Part shown: piece after piece, positions 11,123 to 21,800 of the stretch
Numbering within the stretch: the first letter of the stretch is position 1
Layout: each line of letters opens with the position of its first letter
NCBI GenBank assembly: GCA_964234715.1
Contig: OZ174283.1
Length of the DNA stretch: 64,000 nucleotides
Strand: one strand, 5' to 3'
Origin: Podarcis melisellensis
Lineage: Eukaryota
Made by a program: the position numbers and the translations under genes
Notes under the pieces: model-generated
What the model was told of the DNA's origin: nothing
The model's input: the letters and a program-made list of their open reading frames with translations, nothing else
Database searches by the model: none

Positions 11123-12162
11123 ATCATTAAAACAGTCTCCTATGGGACTTAAAGTGACAGGTGCAGAGAAAGGGCATTATTTAAGTCATTCCTCTGCCAC
11201 GGTGCTAATTCCCTGATTCATGGGAACTTTCCAAGATTTGGGCAATGGATGTGACTATTTGTTGTGCATGACCCCCTTATTTCCCTTCTTTGCAGGGACA
11301 TCACTTTTCCAAGCTAAGGATGTGTGAGAAGCCTCACAAGAGGTGCACTGCTTCACTGTCACGAGTGGGATGGCGACACTGGCAGAACCAGCACTCACAC
11401 ACACCCACACCCCATTGCAGGTTTCCCATGCACTGCATCGCAACACCTGAAGAATGCTTTAACCTCCCGCCATTTCAGATTGAGAATCCATCCACCATTA
11501 AACTCAACATAGCATCCAGATTAATGTTTTAAACTCTTCTCTATCATTTTCCTTCTCTCCCCCTCTGCGCTTACCGTTACTACAGGCAAATTCATCTGAC
11601 AATCCTTCCTCCTCCATAAATAAGGAGTTGAGAGAATAAAGAGCTCATCTTGGAAGGTCTTGGCAGACACCGCCAACCGGGAAAGCCCTTGCTATGGGTA
11701 AGGTGGTGAGAGTGGGTATGCAACTCAGTGGCATTTCTGGAGCCTTTGCTGTTGCTTGAGGCTCAGCTGGCCTTGGTGGCCTGGAGCACCTTCCATCAGC
11801 TTTAGCTGCTGACTGAGCTGTGTCCCTATCTGGACAGAGATAGCCCAACTACTGTCTCCAATGCACTGGTAATCTCTTCAGATTAAGGGACGCGGGTGGC
11901 GCTGTGGTCTAAACCACTGAGCCTCTTGGGCTTGCTGATCAAAAGGTTGGTGGTTCGAATCCCCGCAACGGGGTGAGCTCCCGTTGCTCAGTCCCAGCTG
12001 CTGCCAACCTAGCAGTTCCAAAGCACGACAAAGTGCAAGTAGATAAATAGGTACTGCTCCGGCGGGAAGGTAAACGGCGTTTCCGTGCGCTGCTCTGGTT
12101 CGCCAGAAGCGGCTCAGTCCTGCTAGCCACATGACCTGGAAAGCTGTCTGTGGACAAACGCC

Positions 12163-13076
12163 CTGAAAAGGATAAACCAAGAACTCTGGCCACAAGTTTC
12201 AATGTAAGGATTAACTACTACTCAAGAGTTGAAAAGAAAAAAACGTATATATTCTGCAAAGAATGACAGTTTAGAGCTAATAGTAAATTTAAACGCAACG
12301 TGTGAGTACAATAGTTTTAAGATAATAAATTTAGATATAACGTTTAAGTGCCGAAATAATGTAGTTTCAAATGTGCAATAATATAGTATAAAGGTACATA
12401 AAATACCAGTACACAGCAATAGTTTTATACAAGTCTCAATGGTAGTCAAAAAGTGTCCATATTATATATACTCAGAATAAAGAATAAAGAGCCAAAAAGG
12501 AGTATCCGGAGTATGAATCAGATGTACGACTATACTCTAGAATGTATATACTTTATTATATTTATGATCTATGGAATTGAAGAACCTCGATTTATTTTGA
12601 CATATTATTTGATATTACCAGCTGAAGAAGGCGTTTACTCCGAAACAGGGCCCTGTCCTGGTCACCACTACTGAGTCGTACATCTGATTCATACTCCGGA
12701 TACTCCTTTTTGGCTCTTTATTCTTTATTCTGAGTATATATAATATGGACACTTTTTGACTACCATTGAGACTTGTATAAAACTATTGCTGTGTACTGGT
12801 ATTTTATGTACCTTTATACTATATTATTGCACATTTGAAACTACATTATTTCGGCACTTAAACGTTATATCTAAATTTATTATTATCTTAAAACTATTGT
12901 ACTCACACGTTGCGTTTAAATTTACTATTAGCTCTAAACTGTCATTCTTTGCAGAATATATACGTTTTTTTCTTTTCAACTCTTGAGTAGTAGTTAATCC
13001 TTACATTGAAACTTGTGGCCAGAGTTCTTGGTTTATCCTTTTCAGTGCATTTTCCACAAGAACTCCAATTTCTTTA
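12163..13076 (+). mobile_element. Non-autonomous Penelope-like element: inverted pseudo-LTR arms, hammerhead-containing spacer and 31-nt tail
   Basis: Arms 12163-12531 and 12674-13045 are reverse complements (one 3-nt indel seen); tail 13046-13076; 14-bp TSD tgtggacaaacgcc at 12149-12162 and 13077-13090; hammerhead in the spacer. Family assignment is by architecture. Confidence 0.75.
12617..12662 (+). ncRNA. Type I hammerhead ribozyme (minimal, palindromic stem III)
   Basis: ACCAG-CUGAAGA-AGGCGUUUACUCC-GAA-ACAGGG-CCCUGU-C-CUGGU: stem I ACCAG/CUGGU, core CUGAnGA and GAAA, stem II GG.G/C.CC, stem III ACAGGG/CCCUGU; predicted GUC cleavage after 12657. Confidence 0.8.
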
Positions 13077-13673
13077 TGTGGACAAACGCCGGCACCCTCT
13101 GCCTGTAAAGCGAGATGAGCGCCGCAACCCGAGTCCTCTGCGACTGGATTTAACCAACAGGGGTCCTTTACCTTTTAATCTCTTATATTACTGCAATGCA
13201 TTATATGTAAGGCTGCCTTTGAAGATGGTTCTGAAACTACAGCTGGTGCAGAATTCAGTGGCCAGCTGAATTTTGGTGTAGAGCAGGAAAGAGAGACTTT
13301 GAAACTCAACAGTGCACAGATGATGAACATGTTACTGCAGAATTCAGCAGCCAGGCTGCTCATCAGGGAAAGATGGTTTGAGCACATTACACTGATTCTG
13401 GTCTGACTGCACTGGCTGCCAGTTTCCAGTCCCAATTCAAAATACTGGTTTTGACCTATAAAGACTTAAATGGTTCAGGACCACAATACTTTTAAGGGTC
13501 ACCTCTATCCAAATGAACGGACCCAGGCCTTGAGATCCTCATTTGAGGTCCTTCTTCATTAGCCTACTCACTGAAGAACCAAGAGAGACTGTTTCACCAT
13601 AGGAAGACACATGAATTCCTAAGAGGTTACCAGGCATGTATTAGTATCACTTGATTTACTAATACATCGCTTT

Positions 13674-13699
13674 ACACACACACACACACACACACACAC
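13674..13699. repeat. (CA)n microsatellite
   Basis: Direct reading. Confidence 0.9.
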
Positions 13700-13728
13700 C
13701 AAAAACACAGCCACCCCCAATTTTATCC

Positions 13729-13734
13729 TTTATT
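13729..13734 (-). terminator. Probable NECAP1 polyadenylation signal
   Basis: Minus-strand AATAAA followed by a GU/U-rich downstream element (ggtggctgtgtttttggtgtgtg); would give a ~2.1-kb 3' UTR. Confidence 0.55.
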
Positions 13735-15850
13735 TTAATTGCTAATATTGAACCAATACATCTTATGCTTTATATACATATAGATGAAATGTTACTTCAG
13801 TTTCTGCCAATACATAGTATATTATCTTGATAATAACAACTTTAAAAAAAAACAATGGAGAGAGAGGCTCCTGATTAGTCTCTTCAAGATATTACCAAAT
13901 ACTTGAGGTCTGAACAGAGTTACTGAAATGATAAGACCTGCTACAGATATGGAATATTCGGCCAAATTCGAGAAATCTTCGGCTGGGTTATATGATAGCA
14001 CAAGGAAAAGAACTTGAAAACAGTTTATAACCAGCAGTGAAACAAGAGAAAGCTGAAGAAGCAGATAAGCTTCGGGTGTGTCTCAGTGAGTGAGATGAAT
14101 ATCTGGGTATTTAATGAATGGAAAGCCTTAAAAAGCAGGCCTCTATCCCCCAAATCCCACACGTGAAGTAGCTAGAAATCAGAGACAAGATGTGCATACA
14201 ACTTTACAAAACTCCTTAGAAGACTTTGCTTCCCAATTACTAACTAACAGAATTTCTGTAAGCTATTCTGGTATCAAAGAATTCAGAAAAGGGTTTGCAA
14301 GGACATGATCAAAGGAGAAAACACCAGGATACTTGTTCAGAAGTTCCCTGATTCAACTACGCCCACCTAGAAGCACCAAACCACAGGGTCACAGAGGACA
14401 CCAATTGTGTCTATATACAAAGCCTCTAGCTGATATTACAGGACAGTGACTACTGCCTATTGGCAGAACAAGAAGAAACCACTGTGAAACTTACAAATCT
14501 AGTGTTCAGTAATGAAGTGCATCTTGCTGCTAGAAGGTCAAGCAAAGCAGGTGCTTTAAAAGTTATTTCCAGCCAATAGTGAAGGGAGGGGGCTGCACAG
14601 CCACCAAAGCAGCTGGTGGGACAAAAGGACAAGAGGAACTACAAAATAAGGAGCTTTGTACAGGATGTGCAGCGAGGAAGAGACTCTGCCCAAGATAACT
14701 TCATGATCCACTAATATTTGCTGGGGAAGAGACTATCGCGATATAACAAGGTAAATCACACTGGCCAAAAAGTACAATTTCAGAACCTGAAATTCATTTT
14801 TTGGAAGTCTGTGCAGAGACCACTCTGCTGCTTTGGCCAATCTGGTGACAGCAGCCTGCCATTGGCAACAAACTATGCGTTAAGTGCCTAGACTTCTTTC
14901 ACATTAACCAACACAATGAAAGTGCAGAAGTTCCACCAAACTTGAGTGAGAATCGGCACCGAGCTGCCTTGCCCAAAGAGAGGATTTCCGGAAGACACCA
15001 AGCTCCTCCTCCTCCTCCTACCAACTGGAGAGCAGGCAGCTCTGCTCTTGTTCCCAGTAAGGATGGAAACAGGAGAAAGCCTTGCCATGCTAGCGCCGTT
15101 TCCACACATTTCCAGTTTTAAAGGCGCCAACTGTCTTTAGTGCTTTTGGGGGGGGGGAGAGTTGACGGATTTGTGGGACGCTAACGGCAGGGCTGCACCG
15201 CAGACAGGTTTGCACAGAACCCCGTCATCCCTCCCCTACTACAGATTTGACAGGAGAAGGAACATTTGAGGAAGGATTAAATTAATTCCATCATAAAGAT
15301 GCTACGACAAAGCAGCCTGTCCCAGGTAACCCCAGGGTGGCTTCTTCAAGAATGGCTTTTGTTTTCCTTCTTGGTTGAAATGTACAAATTAGTGTCGGTT
15401 ACACAGTTAGGGTGATTAGCAGTCAGCCTGCAAATCAACCTGCCCCAGCTAAGGTCACTGCTGCTGCTGCTGCTGTGGAAGCTGGGAGAAGAAAAGGGGA
15501 ACTGAGCCTACCTAGAAAAGCCAAGTCTGTGCAACCTTCTCCCATTTCACACAGTGTCAGCTTAATTCTCCCTCAAAGAGGCAGCCACTAAGCAGGCAGG
15601 TATTATTTATGGAAGCCAGTTAAGGCCCCCACTCTTCTGAAGTGACCACAGAGCACGCCTCTGCAGTTCTCTTGCACGAGAGAAAAACTGAACAAATCAA
15701 TGCAAATGGGAAACATTAAGAAAAAGAGGAAGATTGTCCAGAAGTCAAGTTTTGACTGAAGAGCCAAGGACATCAGCTCACTCCCCTGCCACTTCAGGCG
15801 CCTCGAGTCTCCGTCATTGGTCCATTCCTACATCACCAACTCAGATTCTC

Positions 15851-15899
15851 TCAGAATTGGACCCAGTTGGGTGCCTGGGGCGATTGGCTAGGAACTGTG
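15851..15899 (-). CDS. NECAP1: NECAP1 exon 8 (last coding)
   Basis: ccccag|(S)[15 protein letters not shown]. Confidence 0.93.
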
Positions 15900-18800
15900 C
15901 TGGGGAGAAGAAAGGAAGAGCAGTGTTAATGAGGAAAGTGGCAGCCTCTGGTGCTGGTTCAAGGGGCTGTTCTGGCCTCCAGGGCTCTGCCTCTCTGCCT
16001 CTCCCTCAGTAGCTGCTCCAATCCAAGGGAATGGTTGGCAAAGGAGGAGGCAAAGTTGCATTCCTAGGTCCAGGCTGCTTTGGGAAGAGGCATACGGTGG
16101 TATTCAATTGAGTTTTACTCCAAGCAGTCCAACTGAAATGAATGGACAGGGCTAAGGCCACTAATTTATATGGGTCTACTCTGAGTAAAACGTAGTTGAA
16201 TGCCATCCATTAAATTCCAACAAAAACCTGTAGCACCCATGTGCCCAAAGGGAGGAGGCTGGTTACTTAGCTGACCTGGTTGTCTCTTAGTCTAGGAAGC
16301 AGTGAAATTGCCTTATTGTTTATTAAAGCTCTACAGTTTCTACTTAAGATTTTTTTAGAAGCTGGATTGCTTACCAGTGTTTGTTAAATATATATCAGAG
16401 CAAGTAGATCTGGCTTTAACACTTCCTGAAGTGTCCTTCAGTTGCCTTGTAACCCGTCTCTGGCATGTGCACCTCTCATGATCTCCCTGGGCCAATGCCC
16501 CCCCCCCCCCAGTTTTCACAAGGGTTACCTGGACGCAGTGTTGAAGTCTCCCCAGAGGTCTGTGGTGGCTGGGACCACAGCAGGTGCTGGCACCTTTGAA
16601 ACAGGAGGTGTTAAATCGAAGTCTAGCAGGATATCTGGGAGTCAAAAGAGGGAAATGCTTATTTATTAAACTTCTATAAAAGAACCTGCACAGGATTCCT
16701 ATTGTGGTCTTTTTCCTAGCTCCTGATGAGGGCCATATGTGGGAATGTAAATTGCCTCAATTCTCAGTAACCTGAGTGGAGAAAGAGCAATAACCACACA
16801 CCCCCAACCCAACAACACTTTGGTTGGCAATTTGTTTGGGGGGGGGGAATCTAGCATTGCTATTATGAGGAAAAATACTGTCACTTCTTGGGGCAACATC
16901 TAAAAAGGCACACAGGAACAGTGCACCACTGTGAAGGGGGACAACATCTGCTAGCAGCCAGACAAGGCTTTGCCTCTCATTTCCTGGTGCATGCAGAAGG
17001 TTTGCTTTTCTCCAGCTTTTACATCATGATCCAACATCCCACAGATCAAGTCTCTTGGCCCTCAGTAGCTGTAAGGAGCAAGGTATTCAGAGAAACTGCA
17101 ACTGCATCTATCTAGGAGCTGTAGCTCAGTGGCGTTGATTCTCAGGTAGGACTAGGAAAGACCTCTGCTTGGACCCAAGAAAAATCATTGTCAGTCAGCA
17201 GAGACAATATTGAGCTACATAAACATTGGCATAAAGGGCCTTCCTACGATCATATGATTAGCTCCAAAGGACAGATATTCCAAGCAGAAATCAGAGAGGA
17301 CACTATGGAGTAGTGAAATTCCCACAAGGCGGCAGGAATTTGTAAGAGTTACACAATTACACACCTTTTTTAAAAAAAAATCATTTACTACACTCTCAAA
17401 GTAGTTTACGTCCTGGTTCCCGAGCAGCCTTCCATCCAAACAGCTTACAATATCTGCTTTGATTAAGACACAGTATTGCACTAAGTGCATTCAGACCATT
17501 CACTGGGTCTTCCCCCCCCCCAAATATAAACCAGCATCTTTCTTCCACATTAGCTCTGTTGGATATGGCTTTTTAAAAGGACACTTTGTAGAAATGACTA
17601 CTCTCCACTCCAGAGACCCAGACCTACCCATATCCTAGATCTGTGACCCATGTTATTTGATAGCAATCTTGCATCTGCCACCGACTGTACACACAGCCGG
17701 GAGTTACAACCAATTCTGGCTTCTTGGAATGTGTATTTGTATGATACGGCCAGGTGAGGAAATGTGCTTGCTACATGCACCTTTACAAACTATGTGGCAG
17801 TTACCTGCGCTGCCCACATTGCTGGATTTCAGCACCGGCGGCGGTGTGACATGATTGGAAATAGCAGTTGAGGAAGGAGGTGGCACGGGAGGAGGTACAA
17901 TTTTGCCCCCAGGAGGTGGCGGGAGCAGGCTTAGTCCCCCTGACCCAGCTGGACGTGGCTTGGTTGACCCACTTTTCTTCGTTGGCATGTTCTGTGAAGA
18001 GAGAGACAGCATCAAGGCACACAACGCACACTAGCAGCAGCTTGCCAGAGCACGTCAAGAAATAAGACCTATGAGATCCTCACCCCAATGTTCAATTTAA
18101 TTGTCTGCCCTTCCTTAAACCCCAGGTCAAGCTTGGGACGGCTGTCGATTTCCTGGGACTCCTTGGAGATTTCCGTCTCTTGTTTCACCCACCTACATTG
18201 TGGAGTGGGCAACAAAGACAAACAAATTAACAAAAGAGGAGGAAAGAGTAATTGCAGAGATGAGGAAAAATGATTGCAAGGAAAAGCCCAACAAGGATTC
18301 TCTAGTAAGTACTCTAGCACTTTGGTTTCCTGCCCCATGAGTACTTGCCACTCCTTCAAATATGTTCCTATTTTACAGACATCTGCATCACATTCCCCCC
18401 CCCCCCAAGAGTACAGGGATGGTTTACTTAAGTTTGCTTTGTTTAATCCACACAATCCTATGCTTGGGTTAAGCCCACTTTCAGGTCCAACATTCTAAGC
18501 TGTACACTTTGCAAGTTCTTCATGCTAAAGAAGCCAGCTAATCCTAACAACCTCAACTAATACATTCGTCTGAATTTTTAATCAGGATACAAGAGTGTCA
18601 AGAGGCAAAGCAAAGTTCTGCTACTAGTATATTGTTGATAGATAATGAGGCGTCTGACTGAGCCTGCCCAGGGAAGGTGCTCCTGGAAGGACCAAGTAAA
18701 GTATCTTATTTCCTAAGGACTGTAGGGGCTGAGATCAGAAGGTCTGTATGAGAGAAGATGCTCCAGCAAATATAAAAGGGCCAAGTTGTTCAGTGACCTG

Positions 18801-21800
18801 AACTGGGCCCTGCAGCACACCAGAAGCCATGGCAGGATCAGCAATAGTTTAGTTTAATATATTCCTGGGGACCCACCTCAAATGGGTAGCTAAATTTTAT
18901 GCTACTGAAGATTCCACCAATCTTAAAGGGCAGTCTCAATAGAGGATATTAGGCAATCTGAAAAGCAACAAGGCGGCAGAAAAGGCACCATCAAATGTTC
19001 TCCTGGTGCTCAGCAGCTTCGACACTTTCTGTTAGCTCCTACTTAGCTTCCCAAGAAGGAAAGTGTGACTCTCTACAGTCCCCCAGGGCCAAGGCTACAA
19101 CTCAGTAGCAGATCACATGCTTTAAATGTGACAACTGTATGCAAGTCTTGGCATCTCTGGTTAAAATGGAGGGCTGGAAAAGAGTCTCTCTGCCCTAAAT
19201 CCTTGAAGGGGACTGTGCTGCAAGTCACAGTAGACCAGAATCTCTCAATCTTGGGTCCCTAGATATTGTTGGACTAAAACTCCCATCATTCCTAGCCAGT
19301 CAAGGATGATGATTGTCACTCAAGAACATCTGGGGAGCCAAGGCTGAGAAACAATGCAGTAGACAATAACAAACTGGATGGACCAGTCCTCGGGACTCAA
19401 ATGTTCAGTGGGAAAGAAGTTACCAGAGAATCAAAGTCCCAAGGCACAGCGGAAAACTTACTTGAAGTGATCCTGCAAGGAAACATTGAAGTCAAACGCA
19501 TCTCCCCGGTCTCCAAAGCCAATGCCAATGAAAGCGCTTCGCCCTGACAAGGGAGGTGGAGAAACCAGTCAGCAGAAGGGATGAGGACAAAGGTTCAGAC
19601 CACTCATCCTTGCTACTAGACTGTCTTGGGAGAATGAGGGGGCACAGGCTGCCTTTTGCTATGTTGTCCTTTCAATGGGATCCCTTTTATCATGCCTCAA
19701 TTTACAGCCTTAATATATTATGCCAGAGAATTTCAACACAGACAAATTTGAGGGTTCTCCATGTAGCAAGGAATTGACATCTGTACAAATATAAGAGGGA
19801 CACCTAGCTTGCCAGTACTACATGTGAGAAGAATCTAGAGGGTCTTAGTAGACCACAAGCATAATGCATCAAAAGTGTGATGGAGCAGCAAAAAAAGCTA
19901 ATGCTATTCTAGGCTGCATCAACAGAAGTATAGTGTCCAGATCAAGGGAGGTCACAGTCCCACTCTTTTCTGCCTTGGTCAAACCACAACTGGAATACTG
20001 TGTCCAGTTTTGGGCTCCACAATTTAAGAAGGATATTGACAAGCTAAAACGTTTGCAGAGGAGGGTGACCAAGATGATTGGGGGTCTTATGAAGAACGGA
20101 TGAGGGAGCTGGGCATTGTAAGAGGAGATTGAGAGGCGATATGATACCCATCTTCAAATGTCTAAATATCTAAATGTCTGTCACATGGAAGATGCAGCAT
20201 GCTTGTTTTCTCCTGCTCTGGAGGGGAGGACCCGAACCAACGGCTTCAAGTTAAAAGAAAGGAGATTCTGACCAAACACCAGGAATAATTTTCTGATGTT
20301 AAGAGCTCTTTGACAGTGGAATGGACTCCCTCAGAAGGTTGCAGACTCTCCTTCTTTGGAGGTTTTAAAGCAGAATTTGGGTGATTGTCTGTTATGGATG
20401 CTTTAGCTGAGATTCCTGCATTGCAGGGGGTTGGACTAGATGACTCTTGGAGATCCCTTCCAACTCTACAATTCTATGATTGTAAGAATAGTCATTTTGG
20501 ATCATGCTTCCTAGGTGGCAACAGAACAGAAGGGAGCCTTAGGCCTAGGTTTGTTGGGCCCTATACAGTAGCTCAGGACTTGCCAACCTGGTGCCCTCCA
20601 GATACTATTGGAGCATAACTCCTAAAAGCTCCAGTCAATGGTCAGGGTGATGTAGAACTGTTGTAGGAGGGCATCAGATTGTTGTGCTCCTACTCCCAAG
20701 AACTACTTCATCATTCAGCCACACCACAGTTCAATTAAGGAGTAATAAACCCTTAATTCTCTCACCATTCCCATCCTGAATCCGGATGACAAAGTACCGA
20801 CTGGAATCAGTCACAGTCTCCACAGCAATGCCAGGATATTGATCTATTGGAGCCTGAGCAAAAAGCTCCCCTAAGGATACAGAAGAAGAGACCACTTTCA
20901 AGACCCAGACAGATTTATCACTACAAGCAAACTAGGGACACTATATTCTTTGGTCAAAGGAACAACCAACTTATTCAGCATCAAACACCATGAAGCAGTC
21001 TTTATCATTTTCATAAAAATCAAAGAGTACAACACAGTAAATTGCTGCATTGTCAGTCACACAGTATCTGAAGACTTCCAAACATTTTGAGTTTGCTTGC
21101 AATTCATAATCTATCCAACACCAGTGACACTAGCTTTTACTGCTAAACCTTAGCTCACAAATTAGATATTGCAAATAAATTTTAATTCTGCTCAGTGTGT
21201 GCATTTCAGTAAGCCCATTTACTAATAGTCTTCTAGTACCATGGGTTCACCATTTCCTTGGTTAATATACTATATTTTTCCATGTATAACACGCCCCCAT
21301 GTATAAGACGACCGCTATTTTTAGGAGCCTAAAATGAGGAAATAAAAAAATTAAGTTGTTGAGCTATTTTTGGCAAATTGCAAAAACAGTTGTTGAGCTG
21401 AACTATTGAGCTGTAAAAACAACCTCCAATTTATCACTAAACTTTTTCAGAAAAAAGGGTCTTATACATGGAAAAATACGGTACTTCACTCCCAAAATGA
21501 TTATGAAAATCAACACATGTAGCTTTTGCTTAAGTCAGAGCTTTAATGCTTGCAGTATCTCATTTTCAAGAAACAATTCCTGGCATGCCTGAACGGGTGC
21601 GGTACCTTGATGTTCATCAAAAATCTGCACACAATAAAAAACGTTACATATTTGAGAAAAATGCTACATTCTCTGCCACCTTGAATTACAACATGGATTC
21701 TAATGGCATCTTCCTCAACTCTGATTAAACATGAGTAACGAAGTGATAAAGGTAAAGGGACCCCTGACCATTAGGTCCAGTCGTGACCGACTCTGGGGTT

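Larger units (their letters stand above)
11887..13175 (+). mobile_element. Sauria SINE, split by the insertion at 12163-13076
   Basis: Head gggacgcgggtggcgctgtggtctaaacc with B box ggttcgaatccc; diagnostic body gccaacctagcagtt..aagtagataaataggtac; resumes after the TSD and ends in a cctttaccttt tail. Confidence 0.92.
11820..13560 (+). mobile_element. L2-type LINE relic interrupted by a Sauria SINE (pieces ~11820-11886 and ~13176-13560)
   Basis: PYLDRDSPTTVSNALVIS.. before the SINE continues after it as ..YYCNALYVRLPLKMVLKLQLVQNS..HITLILV.LHWLP; taatctctt-like duplication flanks the SINE. Confidence 0.7.

Noticed and set aside
11887-11975. tRNA gene (A and B boxes)
   Set aside because: It is the tRNA-derived head of a Sauria SINE; no cloverleaf or acceptor stem. 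The same applies at 6806, 22088, 24456 and 26232.
12222-12986. Twin ORFs MTTIETCIKLLL.. (12222-12449 minus, 12756-12986 plus) as a duplicated small gene
   Set aside because: They are by-products of the inverted repeat: non-ATG starts, AT-rich, no recognisable domain.
12163-13045. Inverted repeat as an assembly fold-back artefact
   Set aside because: It has a clean 14-bp TSD in a SINE, a unique spacer with a ribozyme, a one-sided tail and a 3-nt indel between arms; an artefact would not be expected to produce these.
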